Source: Candidatus Kaiserbacteria bacterium (lineage in GTDB: Bacteria; Patescibacteriota; Minisyncoccia; Phycocordibacterales; UBA2100). From it: 64,000 nt of DNA. The translations under genes and the position numbers were made by a program. The stretch's first letter is position 1. The number at the start of each line of letters is the position of its first letter. The notes under the pieces were generated by a model. That model worked only from the letters and a program-made list of their open reading frames with translations. It ran no database searches and was not told the DNA's origin. The stretch is taken from the NCBI GenBank assembly GCA_016432285.1, contig CP066682.1, positions 666,274 to 730,273 on the forward strand. Direction: 5' to 3'. This document shows positions 1 to 11,121 of the stretch, piece by piece.

Positions 1-2292
<2,292 letters not shown>

Positions 2293-2447
2293 GTTCTTCT
2301 AATTATAGCAGAAAACGGCCCCGGATGCACGCCCAAAAACGCCCTGTTTGATTGACAATTCGGGCGCCGGGCGTAGCCTTTTTCACAGTACAAAGTGTTC
2401 CGTATGCGTGTTGCGTCTTTGCGTTTTTCCCCCTTGGAGAAACCACC

Positions 2448-2531
2448 ATGACCAACAAGGCATTCAGAAAGATTCCGCTTTCGGATCGGGTCGAGATGGT
2501 ACGCGCTCTCGCAAAGCGAGGTGGGTCATGA
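2448..2531 (+). CDS. putative 27-aa small protein (MTNKAFRKIPLSDRVEMVRALAKRGGS)
   Basis: GGAGA SD 7 nt before ATG, promoter-like TTGACA-N16-TAGCCT at 2352-2379, and stop overlapping the next ATG (ATGA). Confidence 0.4.
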   Translation: MTNKAFRKIPLSDRVEMVRALAKRGGS

Positions 2532-2956
2532 CAGATCGCCCCGTTTTGAAGCACGAGGAGATTGTTTTCGGGCCCATCACGGAGTGGGAGCTCGACAACG
2601 CGCTCGCATATGTGCGTGATCCGGATGGAAAATATCGCGCCGAACTCGATCGCGACCTTCTGCGCATCCTCGCGAATACGGCCAACGAGCGCCGGAGCCA
2701 CGGCGTGATACTGCCCCTCCTTGTCGCACGCGTCGTGCAGGACGGCATCCCCTTCTCCAACAAGACGGAGAAACCGAAGTACGAAGCGTACAAGGGAGCC
2801 ATCATGAAAATCTTCGCCGACCGCTACGCGAGGAGCGACCTAGCGAAGGATCGGCAGCGTGCGAGCGCTGCCGAAACGAGGCGGACCGGCAAGAAGAAAA
2901 AAGGCGAGTATCCGAAAGATTCTCGCAAAAAGCACAAAGACCAGTTCACCTTCTGA
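2528..2956 (+). CDS. hypothetical protein, basic C-terminus
   Basis: ORF with host-like codon usage, coupled to the upstream small ORF and followed by a hairpin terminator. Confidence 0.65.
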   Translation: MTDRPVLKHEEIVFGPITEWELDNALAYVRDPDGKYRAELDRDLLRILANTANERRSHGVILPLLVARVVQDGIPFSNKTEKPKYEAYKGAIMKIFADRYARSDLAKDRQRASAAETRRTGKKKKGEYPKDSRKKHKDQFTF

Positions 2957-2961
2957 ATCGA

Positions 2962-2998
2962 GGGCTCGCCGCACGCGTGCGGCGAGCCTCCTCTTTAT
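2962..2998. terminator. intrinsic (probably bidirectional) terminator
   Basis: GGCTCGCCGCA-CGCG-TGCGGCGAGCC hairpin plus T-rich tail, between convergent genes. Confidence 0.65.
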
Positions 2999-3348
2999 TG
3001 TGCGAACGGGTTCGGTGCCGCACCCTCTTCCTCCAACTGCTGTTCCTCGTACGTCTCTCCCGTGCCACTTTCGCGGATCGTCCGGAGCTCGGCGTCGTTG
3101 GCGCTCTCGCTCGAGAAATCACCGAGGAGTCGCTCCTGTGCTTCTCGCACTGACGAGAAGTTGAATTCGCTCTGCGCGCCGCTCGTGAGGTCGGCCTCGA
3201 CGCCGCCTCGCTGTATCTTTTTCAAAAAGAGGAACGCCCACCCGATGAAAAGGATGATGACGACCGCGATCGCGATGCCGCCCGCGACGGCCTTGCGCTC
3301 GTCCTTGGGCTTTTCTTTAAGATTGTTGATCGTCTTCTCGATTACCAT
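2995..3348 (-). CDS. hypothetical single-pass membrane protein
   Basis: Basic N-terminus, one hydrophobic helix (AVAGGIAIAVVIILFIGWAFLF), acidic tail. Confidence 0.75.
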   Translation of the reverse strand: MVIEKTINNLKEKPKDERKAVAGGIAIAVVIILFIGWAFLFLKKIQRGGVEADLTSGAQSEFNFSSVREAQERLLGDFSSESANDAELRTIRESGTGETYEEQQLEEEGAAPNPFAQ

Positions 3349-3351
3349 GGC

Positions 3352-3969
3352 TTAGGAGCTGAGCACCACGACCTCGTTTTCTTTGCCCGCAAGATCGCGG
3401 AGCTTCACGGTGAGCTTTTCGACGGCCTTCGTATCTTCGCCCGCCTCTTTCAAAAATTGCTTCAGCGATTTGTCGTCGTACAGAATCGGAATGACGATCT
3501 TCGCTTCGAGCTTCACCGCAAGCTTCTGCGCTTCCGCGGGCGAAAGCGCACCCTGGCCACCCACCGGAATAATGAGAATGTCGGGCGCGTCCATTTCGAG
3601 CACCTCCGCCGGCACGTCGAGCTCGCCAAGCGCGCCGAGATACATCACCGAAAGGTCGTCGAAGTGGACGGAGTAGACGGTGTTGGTGAGCGGAGAGCCG
3701 CCGTATTTCGATCCCGAGGCAAAACCGGCCGCCGTCATTTCCTTCACTTCGTATTCCCCCGGCCCCGAGATCACAAAGGGCTGCTTCTCGCCACGCCCAG
3801 CCTCCTCGGCGCCGCTCATGTCGGGGTGGTTGAGGGAAATGAACGCGACATCGGCGCCAAAGTTCGTCGGCTTGAAATTCTTACTCGCTTTCGACACGGG
3901 CCCAAAGACGAGCGTCGTGTCGCCCGCCTGCGCGCGGATGCATGCGCCTTCGTGGAACGTGAGAATCAT
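3352..3969 (-). CDS. MBL-fold metallo-hydrolase-like protein (Lactamase_B_3 type)
   Basis: ISLNHPDM, ISGPGEYEVKE, DILIIPVGG and AKIVIP motifs; leaderless start TATAAT-N7-ATG. Confidence 0.8.
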   Translation of the reverse strand: MILTFHEGACIRAQAGDTTLVFGPVSKASKNFKPTNFGADVAFISLNHPDMSGAEEAGRGEKQPFVISGPGEYEVKEMTAAGFASGSKYGGSPLTNTVYSVHFDDLSVMYLGALGELDVPAEVLEMDAPDILIIPVGGQGALSPAEAQKLAVKLEAKIVIPILYDDKSLKQFLKEAGEDTKAVEKLTVKLRDLAGKENEVVVLSS

Positions 3970-4040
3970 GAGTTCGATTATACATAATTTTCTCCCATGC
4001 TGGGCATTGACGCCGTTTGGCGCCGGCGTACTGTAAAGAA

Positions 4041-4290
4041 ATCCCTGCTCGAAGAAAGCAGTGGACATCGTCTCACTTGTGAAGAGTGAGACTCCAGACG
4101 GAGAACCGTGCATGAAGACCACCACGACGAAGTAAAGCGACGGTGCGCGCTCGCTGGACAGGCAGCAAGGAGCGCCCACCGGGAACGGCCTGCACGTCCC
4201 TTGATCCACACGTGGAGCAGAGCATGACTCCGCCGATGAGACGTAGGGGCAAGCGATCCGCGGTCGATCGTTTGCCCCTAATTTTTTATT
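4041..4290 (+). ncRNA. candidate structured small RNA / leader containing micro-ORF MKTTTTK
   Basis: TTGACG-N16-TACTGT promoter (4007-4034), several hairpins, a strong terminator at 4244-4290, and no long ORF. Confidence 0.35.
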
Positions 4291-4400
4291 CTGAGCGGAT
4301 TGACCCGCTTCGTTTTGAGGCATACGCTTTCCACAGATCCGATCGACACCCGTCAACGATCGGACGTTGCGTACAGAGACGGGAGGAAACGTAGGGCGAA

Positions 4401-4754
4401 ATGCTTTTGTGGGCAAAGCTCGCGCTTGCGGCAGCGATGTGCTGCTCATCCGCGAGTGCGACGAAGGCGCAAGACGTGCAAACCGTCGGCGCTTTCAAAA
4501 AAATCATCGTTACGCCGCGCGGCGTTGCGACGATCGAAATGAAGTACCGCAGCACGGCAGATCCGGCGGCCGCGCTCGCGGATGCGCTCCAAGCCGGCGA
4601 TGCGCTGCTGCGGGCCGTGGAGATTCTCAACGACCGCAATCTATACACTGCCGGCGAAAAGTGCTATCTCCTCGACACCCGTCAGGAGGTCGTATGCTCG
4701 CCGCCACTGCCGCGCTCTCGGCCGAATTTGCTGGAAGCGGCCGCAACGCGCTGA
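4401..4754 (+). CDS. hypothetical exported protein
   Basis: Signal-peptide-like N-terminus; followed by terminator CCCCGCGA-GAGA-TCGCGGGG-CTTTTTT (4778-4806). Confidence 0.55.
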   Translation: MLLWAKLALAAAMCCSSASATKAQDVQTVGAFKKIIVTPRGVATIEMKYRSTADPAAALADALQAGDALLRAVEILNDRNLYTAGEKCYLLDTRQEVVCSPPLPRSRPNLLEAAATR

Positions 4755-4939
4755 CCGCACACTCGCCTCGTTGGCGACCCCCGCGAGAGATCGCGGGGGC
4801 TTTTTTGTTGCACTCCCGCACGCCTTCCTCTATAGTGTGGCCACGGACGAAAGTCCGATTACCAATTAATAGTGTGCCCGGTAAGGCTTTCCCTCAGACA
4901 GACACGGTAGCGCAGGAGGGGTAGTCCGGGCAGCAACAC

Positions 4940-6064
4940 ATGCAAGCAACAGCAGTACAAGAGGCGGCGATAGCCGCCGAGGAAAATAACGAGGAGGTGG
5001 TGATCGAAAAGCAGGGCCCCATGGCCGAGCTTTTGAGCACAGCGCCGAAGGCCCCGTCCGTTGACGACGTGGTCGAGGGCCCCGTGGTGGCCGTGGGCCG
5101 CGCGCGGGTCTTTGTGGATCTCCATCCCTTCGGCACCGGCATCATTTACGGCCGCGAGTATCTTTCGGCCCGCGAGACTTTGAAAAACGTAAACATCGGC
5201 GACACGATCACCGCAAAGGTGATCGGCGCCGAAAACGACGAGGGCTACATCGAACTCTCGCTTCGCGAAGCGCGCCAGGCGCTCATCTGGAACGAGGCCG
5301 AGCAGGCGCTGCAAAAGAAGACGGTCTTCGAGCTCCCGGTATCGGAGGCCAACAAGGGCGGACTCATCATTTCGTGGAGCGGCCTCCAAGGCTTCCTCCC
5401 CGCTTCGCAGCTCGCACCCGCCCACTATCCGCGCGTCCCCGACGGCGACAAGGACAAGATTTTCGTCGAGCTCAAAAAGCTCGTGGGACAAAAGATCGAG
5501 GTGATGATCATCACCGCGAATCCGAAGGAAGGGAAGCTCATCTTCTCTGAAAAAGGCGCGGGCAGCTCCGAGCGCGCATCGCTCGTGGAGAAATACCACG
5601 TGGGCGACGTGCTGGAGGGCACCGTCACCGGCGCGACCGAGTTCGGCGTCTTCGTGAAGCTCGAGGAGGGCCTCGAAGGTCTCGTGCACATCTCCGAAAT
5701 GGACTGGGCGCTCGTGGAAAATCCCAAGACGAGATACCGCGTCGGCGAAAACGTGAAGGTGAAAGTGATCGAGATCAAGGACGACAAGATTTCCCTCTCG
5801 ATCAAGGCGCTCGTCGACGATCCGTGGAAGGCGGCGGCGGCGAAGTATCACAAAGACCAGAAAGTGGATGCGGTGGTCATCAAGTACAACAAGCACGGCG
5901 CGCTCGCCTCGATCGAAGAGGGCGTCGCGGGCCTCGTGCATATCTCAGAGTTCGCCAACGAGGAAGAGCTGCGTGCCAAACTCGAGCTCGGCAAGGTGTA
6001 TCCTTTTACGATCACCTTCTTCGAACCGAAAGATCGCAGAATGACCTTGAAACCGGTGCGATAG
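4940..6064 (+). CDS. rpsA: 30S ribosomal protein S1 (four S1 domains)
   Basis: Repeated S1 motifs: ANKGGL, GFLPASQL, FGVFVKLEEGLEGLVHISE, GVAGLVHISE. Confidence 0.93.
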   Translation: MQATAVQEAAIAAEENNEEVVIEKQGPMAELLSTAPKAPSVDDVVEGPVVAVGRARVFVDLHPFGTGIIYGREYLSARETLKNVNIGDTITAKVIGAENDEGYIELSLREARQALIWNEAEQALQKKTVFELPVSEANKGGLIISWSGLQGFLPASQLAPAHYPRVPDGDKDKIFVELKKLVGQKIEVMIITANPKEGKLIFSEKGAGSSERASLVEKYHVGDVLEGTVTGATEFGVFVKLEEGLEGLVHISEMDWALVENPKTRYRVGENVKVKVIEIKDDKISLSIKALVDDPWKAAAAKYHKDQKVDAVVIKYNKHGALASIEEGVAGLVHISEFANEEELRAKLELGKVYPFTITFFEPKDRRMTLKPVR

Positions 6065-6094
6065 TTCGCTCTGCTTCACCCGCACTTCACTCCC

Positions 6095-6307
6095 ATGCGA
6101 GAGCATACTCGCTTCGGCTTTTCGTCGGAGCCGAACGAGCTAACGAAAATGGGTATGCAGTACGACATCACTGAAAAAAGAAATCGCGATGCGGAGGCCG
6201 AGGAGCGCAAGCGCAAGGAAGCCGAAGAAGAAGAGTATCGCGCCCGCATGCGCCGCGCGGAGGAAGACGCCCGGAGGCAGCAGGAGGACGAAGACGAGGC
6301 CGGCTAA
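6095..6307 (+). CDS. hypothetical charged small protein
   Basis: E/R/K-rich coiled-coil-like ORF ending in a perfect hairpin at 6293-6319; start uncertain (6095 or 6149). Confidence 0.5.
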   Translation: MREHTRFGFSSEPNELTKMGMQYDITEKRNRDAEAEERKRKEAEEEEYRARMRRAEEDARRQQEDEDEAG

Positions 6308-6320
6308 GCCGGCCTCGTCC

Positions 6321-6911
6321 CTAATTGAACTGATTCATCGCTTTTTCTCTCCCTTCGAGCACGGCGCACTCGATCGCGGTGCTCGCACGCTTCCAAACGC
6401 GCTTCATTTCATCGAGCTCGGGTGCGCGGAATTTGGTGAGAATGAAATTGTTGACCACCTTTTCGCCCGTCGGCTTTCGGATTGCCCCAGATGCGGTCGA
6501 AGGTGAGATGCCGATTCGCACGCGCGTAAACTTTTTAGTCTTTACCGCCCTGATGATCGACTCGAGCCCTCGGTGCCCGCCACTCCCCCGGTCAAAAGAA
6601 ATCTTCATGGAGCCGAGCGGCAGGTCGAGATCGTCGTAGACGACGATCAGCCGCTCGGCGGCCTTCGCGCTTTTCACGTACCGCGCGACCGCGGACCCAG
6701 ATTTGTTCATAAACGTGTCGGGAAGCACGAGCGCGGTGGCCGTTTTGCCGACGAGCGCGCCCGCCGTATGCGCTTTTGCCTTCTTATCCTCCCGAAACTC
6801 CCCGATTCCATGGGCTTTTCCGAAGAACTGCACCGCCATGCGGCCCGTATTGTGCCGCGTGGAGTCGTATTCCTCCCCCGGATTCCCCAGTCCGACGATT
6901 ACCCACGCCAT
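6321..6911 (-). CDS. pth: peptidyl-tRNA hydrolase
   Basis: IVGLGNPG..Y..TRHNTG, TFMNKSG, YDDLDLPLG, GSGGHRGL, RVRIGI. Confidence 0.96.
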   Translation of the reverse strand: MAWVIVGLGNPGEEYDSTRHNTGRMAVQFFGKAHGIGEFREDKKAKAHTAGALVGKTATALVLPDTFMNKSGSAVARYVKSAKAAERLIVVYDDLDLPLGSMKISFDRGSGGHRGLESIIRAVKTKKFTRVRIGISPSTASGAIRKPTGEKVVNNFILTKFRAPELDEMKRVWKRASTAIECAVLEGREKAMNQFN

Positions 6912-6974
6912 AATGCGGCGCATTCTATCAGACTTTCCTGTAACTTCCCTTCCACCCGCTGACGCAGGGTGCGT

Positions 6975-7105
6975 GGAGTGTTTCCGGAGACTCGCGCAAC
7001 GCAATCGCGCGAGCGGAAGTAAATTTTCAGCAGAAAATTATGCGACGCCGGAACATGTGCATCGCGGAAACTGTAAACTGCAAAAAATTGCGACGCAACA
7101 CTCCT
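6975..7105. repeat. structured intergenic element (nested inverted repeats)
   Basis: GGAGTGTT...AACACTCC outer stem, TTCCGG...CCGGAA, and internal hairpin AATTTTCAGCAGAAAATT resembling the tRNA-linked elements. Confidence 0.45.
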
Positions 7106-7148
7106 CCCCCTTGGTGTCAATCCCACGCTGCGAGTAGAATGCGCGCAC

Positions 7149-7742
7149 ATGAACGAACCGGTGATGCAAAATAGTTCATCACAGGTCACTCAAAAGAGTT
7201 CTCAAACGTCATTGATCGTGTACACGATCATCGCGATCGGTCTCGCGCTCTTCATCCGCTTCTTTATCGCCGCCCCATACGTCGTTTCGGGTGCTTCGAT
7301 GGAGCCCAACTTCCATGACTGGAACTACCTCATCATCGACAGGCTCACGTACGACCTCTCCGACCCCGCGCGGGGCGACGTGATCGTCTTTGCACTCCCC
7401 GGCAGCAACGGCCGCTCCCTGATCAAGCGCGTGATCGGCCTTCCGGGCGAAACCGTCCGCATCGCCGACCGTTCCGTACGCATCGTCAATGCCGAGCACC
7501 CCGACGGATTCGTCCTCGACGAGCCGTACCTCGACGAGAGCAACATCGGTGGCATGAACGACATGAGCGTGAGCCTCGGCGACGACCAATACTTCGTGCT
7601 CGGCGACAACCGTAAGGTGAGTGCCGACTCCCGCAGCTGGGGCACGCTCCCGAGAGCAGACATCGTCGGCAGAGTTTTGGTGCGCCTCTTTCCCCTGAAT
7701 GGCATCGGGATACTTCCTGGCCAGTCACGGTACGACGAGTGA
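7149..7742 (+). CDS. lepB: signal peptidase I
   Basis: VSGASMEPNF (catalytic Ser), IKRVIGLPGE (Lys), GDNRKVSADSR. Confidence 0.96.
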   Translation: MNEPVMQNSSSQVTQKSSQTSLIVYTIIAIGLALFIRFFIAAPYVVSGASMEPNFHDWNYLIIDRLTYDLSDPARGDVIVFALPGSNGRSLIKRVIGLPGETVRIADRSVRIVNAEHPDGFVLDEPYLDESNIGGMNDMSVSLGDDQYFVLGDNRKVSADSRSWGTLPRADIVGRVLVRLFPLNGIGILPGQSRYDE

Positions 7743-7760
7743 TCGCGCTTTTTTAAAAAT

Positions 7761-8972
7761 ATGATCCGACTCAAAGACACGCGGCACGAGAGCACGGCGT
7801 CGTTTTTGCAATCGGCAATCCGCGTCGCCGAATACTACGGATTCACGCCGCTCGACGACGCGCCCCGCAAAGACGCGGCACAGCTGCGCGCGCAGCGCTC
7901 ACGCGCCTCGAAGAATGACTCCGAGATCGCTTTCGCACGCCGCGAGGAGCGCTCGCTCGCTGCCGCCGCCAAGCGCTGCGCCGTGTGCGCCCGCCCCAAC
8001 GGCGAGAATCTCCTGCTGTGGCAGATTACGCACAACAAAGATCGCGGCTCCACGCCTTCCACCTCGCTCGAGCTTCATGTCATCGGCACCTCATCGGCCA
8101 TCGCCGAAGCGATGCTCATCGTGGTGGGGAGCGCGATCGCGCAGGAAGCGGGACTTTCGGAGCGCGTGCTCTCGATCAACAACATCGGATCGAGCGAGAG
8201 CTCCGGGAGATTCATCCGCGACGTGGGCGCCTACCTCCGCAAACACATCGAATCAATCTCTCCCACGCTCCGGCCGCGCGCCGCCACCGATCCTCTCGGG
8301 ACACTGATCCAGCTCATCGAGCGCGGACATCCGGCCACGCCGCGCGCACCGCAGCCCATGGAGTACCTCACCGAGGAGGAGCGCCGGCGCTTCTGGGAAC
8401 TCTTGGAATATCTCGAAGTGTACGGGCTCGCGTACGAGCTCTCGCCGCACATCCTCGGCAGCCGCGACTGCTGGGCGCACTCGCTCTATCAGATCTCCGC
8501 GGTGGAGCCTGAAAGCGGTGCGCGCATTCCGGTGGCCTTCGGCGGCCGCTACGATCCGTTGGCCGCGCGCTTTGCCGCATCCCCCACCGCAGCGGCGACG
8601 ATCTCGATCAGCTGCGAGATTCGCGGAAAAACGCGCGTGAAGCGCGAGGTGCCGGGCATTCCTTCGATCTATTTCGCGCACCTCGGTCCCGAAGCGCGTC
8701 GCCACTCACTCTCGGTCATGGAAATGCTACGCACCGCGGGCATTCCCGTGCACCAGGGCCTCCACCACGAAACGATCGGCACGCAGATGGCGGCGGCCCG
8801 GAAGCTGGCGGCGCCATACGTGCTCATCATGGGCCACAAGGAAGCGGTGGAGGGTACGATCCTCGTGCGCGAAGTGGTAACTAATTCGCAGGATGCGATT
8901 CCGCTTCCGGATTTGGTCAACCACCTGAAGCGCAGGCGAGTCGGGGGCTATCTTGCCGAGGCACGCGCGTAA
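7761..8972 (+). CDS. degenerate histidyl-tRNA-synthetase-like protein with anticodon-binding C-terminal domain
   Basis: AEYYGF, GGRYDPL and C-terminal PYVLIMGHKEAVEGTILVREV match the HisS architecture, but catalytic motifs are eroded. Confidence 0.75.
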   Translation: MIRLKDTRHESTASFLQSAIRVAEYYGFTPLDDAPRKDAAQLRAQRSRASKNDSEIAFARREERSLAAAAKRCAVCARPNGENLLLWQITHNKDRGSTPSTSLELHVIGTSSAIAEAMLIVVGSAIAQEAGLSERVLSINNIGSSESSGRFIRDVGAYLRKHIESISPTLRPRAATDPLGTLIQLIERGHPATPRAPQPMEYLTEEERRRFWELLEYLEVYGLAYELSPHILGSRDCWAHSLYQISAVEPESGARIPVAFGGRYDPLAARFAASPTAAATISISCEIRGKTRVKREVPGIPSIYFAHLGPEARRHSLSVMEMLRTAGIPVHQGLHHETIGTQMAAARKLAAPYVLIMGHKEAVEGTILVREVVTNSQDAIPLPDLVNHLKRRRVGGYLAEARA

Positions 8973-9015
8973 GAGATTGTTATTCGCGATTCGGCGTGGT
9001 ACAGTGCCGCGACAT

Positions 9016-9327
9016 ATGGCAGTCAATGCTGAAGTGCAAAAGACCGGGAGCGAAAGCACGCTCTCCACGATCCGGAAATTCAGCCGGCGCGTGCAGGGCA
9101 CCGGATTGGTGAAGACCGTCCGCAACCGCCGCTACTACGCGCGCGATGCCTCGAAGATCGTCAAGAAAAAGCGCGCATTGAAGCTCATCAAGCGCCGCGC
9201 GGAATACCGCAAGCTCGTCAAGGAAGGCAAGATCGCCGAAGCGCCTGTTCGCCCCGGCCGCCCGAGCTTCAACCGCGAAGGCTCGCAGGGATCCCGCTTC
9301 GGCGAGAGCACTCCGATCGCACGCTAG
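9016..9327 (+). CDS. rpsU: 30S ribosomal protein bS21-like, extended
   Basis: EVQK..SESTLSTIRKFSRRVQGTGLVKTVRNRRYY pattern typical of bS21; lies upstream of ybeY. Confidence 0.7.
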   Translation: MAVNAEVQKTGSESTLSTIRKFSRRVQGTGLVKTVRNRRYYARDASKIVKKKRALKLIKRRAEYRKLVKEGKIAEAPVRPGRPSFNREGSQGSRFGESTPIAR

Positions 9328-9735
9328 ATGGGTGTGGACATAAAAGTAACGACTCGCCCCGCATCGCTTTTTGCAAAAAGCGATGCGGGGCGTCTTCCGT
9401 TTGAAAAAATCGCCGCAGCGATCCTCGGCAGCACGTATGAGCTCTCGCTCGTAGTATGCGGCGATCAGCTCGCCACGCGTATGAACAGGCAGTATCGCAA
9501 GAAAACCTACTCCCCCAACGTCCTCTCGTTCCCGATCGAAAAAAGAAGTGGCGAAATCTTTCTTAATCTCGCCTGCGCGAAGCGCGAGGCGGCAGCATAC
9601 GGCGTGCCCCTCCGAAGCAGGCTTGCGCTCCTTTTTGTGCACGGTTGTTTCCACCTCAAGGGCCTCTCGCACGGAAAAAAGATGGAGTCGCTCGAGCGCG
9701 CAACGCTCCGGCGCTTCGGTATCCACGAAAAATAG
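9328..9735 (+). CDS. ybeY: rRNA maturation endoribonuclease YbeY
   Basis: MNRQYRKK..PNVLSFP, GEIFL, HGCFHLKGLSH (H3xH5xH). Confidence 0.93.
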   Translation: MGVDIKVTTRPASLFAKSDAGRLPFEKIAAAILGSTYELSLVVCGDQLATRMNRQYRKKTYSPNVLSFPIEKRSGEIFLNLACAKREAAAYGVPLRSRLALLFVHGCFHLKGLSHGKKMESLERATLRRFGIHEK

Positions 9736-9771
9736 CCGCTCCGGCGCGGCAAATCGCGGTACAATGACCCG

Positions 9772-10941
9772 ATGCGCAAAGTCTACGCGGGCATCGACAT
9801 CGGCACGTACCATGTGAAGTGCGTCCTCGCGGCTCCCGCAGACAACCCCGAAGCGCCGATGCAGATTCTCGGCACGGGCACCTCAATCTCTCGCGGCATG
9901 CGCCACGGCTACATCGTCGACGGCAAGGAAACGCAAAAGAGCATTCGAGATGCGCTCCAGAAGGCGCAGGCGGCCGCCAAGGTGAAAATCCAGCGCGCGC
10001 GCGTGGCCATGGGCGGCGTGGGGCTCGATGAAATACGCTCCACAGGCGAGGTAACGCTCACGCCCTCCGGCGGCTTGGTAACCGACCGAGAGATCGACCG
10101 CGCCCTCAAAGAGAGCGAAAAGCGCGCGGCTTCGAAGCTCGTCAACCGCACGATCATCCACACGATCCCGCTCGAGTTCCGTGTCGATGGCACGAAAGTC
10201 CTGGGGAAGCCGCAAGGACTCCAGGGCACCAAGCTCTCCGTCGACACGCTGCTCATCACCATGATCGCGCAGCACTACGACGAGATCATGGATGCGGTGG
10301 AGGAAGCCGGTGTAGAGCCGGAAGGCGTCATGGCCTCCCCGCTTGCCGCGAGCATGGTCACGCTCACCAAGGCGCAAAAAACGGCCGGCGTGATGCTCGC
10401 CAACATCGGCGCCGAGACGCTCTCGATCATCGTCTTCGACAACGACACGCCGGTCTCGCTCAAGGTTTTCCCTGTCGGCTCCTCCGACATCACCAACACG
10501 ATCGCACTCTCCTTCCAGATTCCGCTCACGGAAGCCGAACAGATGAAGCGCGGCGCCGTCACCGGCAGCGACATCGCACCCAAAAAGATGCAGACGATCG
10601 TGGCGGCACGCCTCAAAGACATGTTTGTGCTTATCAACGCGCACCTCAAATCGCTCGGGCGCCAGCGGCTCCTCCCGGCCGGTGTCGTGATCACGGGCGG
10701 CGGCTCGGGACTCGCGAGCGCTTCCGAGATCGCAAAAGCAATTTTGAAACTACCGTCGCAAATCGGTCAGGTGGGCTACCTGCCACGCACCTCGTCCGTG
10801 GATGCCACCTGGGCCGTCGCGTACGGCCTCTGCCGCTGGGCGTACGCGGAAGATCTCTCCGACGGCAAAGGCACGCTCGGCGACGCCTTCCGTCACGCAT
10901 TCGATTCAGTGCGTCAGGCTTTCCGTTCGCTTCTCCCGTAA
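9772..10941 (+). CDS. ftsA: cell division protein FtsA
   Basis: GIDIGT, SRGMRHGYIVD, NIGAET, GVVITGGGS actin-like motifs; directly upstream of ftsZ. Confidence 0.94.
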   Translation: MRKVYAGIDIGTYHVKCVLAAPADNPEAPMQILGTGTSISRGMRHGYIVDGKETQKSIRDALQKAQAAAKVKIQRARVAMGGVGLDEIRSTGEVTLTPSGGLVTDREIDRALKESEKRAASKLVNRTIIHTIPLEFRVDGTKVLGKPQGLQGTKLSVDTLLITMIAQHYDEIMDAVEEAGVEPEGVMASPLAASMVTLTKAQKTAGVMLANIGAETLSIIVFDNDTPVSLKVFPVGSSDITNTIALSFQIPLTEAEQMKRGAVTGSDIAPKKMQTIVAARLKDMFVLINAHLKSLGRQRLLPAGVVITGGGSGLASASEIAKAILKLPSQIGQVGYLPRTSSVDATWAVAYGLCRWAYAEDLSDGKGTLGDAFRHAFDSVRQAFRSLLP

Positions 10942-10981
10942 ACAACCTTTCCGAAACGCTTTCGACTCACACATTTACTCG

Positions 10982-11017
10982 CATACTTAATTGGTCCGAC
11001 CGGACCAATGAAGTATG
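10982..11017. promoter_or_regulatory. long palindrome in the ftsA-ftsZ intergenic region (candidate operator or hairpin)
   Basis: CATACTT-A-ATTGGTCCG-AC-CGGACCAAT-G-AAGTATG. Confidence 0.45.
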
Positions 11018-11121
11018 TGGCGCGCATAAATGAAAGCGGACATTTCAACCTAAAACGAGACAACAGCGGGATGATATGGTCAAGTTTGCCCTCTTTCTGA
11101 AAGTGCTATGATGGCCCCACT

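Noticed and set aside
3970-4449. N-terminal extension of the MBL ORF, and similar extensions of pyrF (to 16989), hyfC (to 45274) and the methyltransferase (to 26658)
   Set aside because: Family homology starts at downstream ATGs that have a -10 element or coupling; the extensions overlap other features
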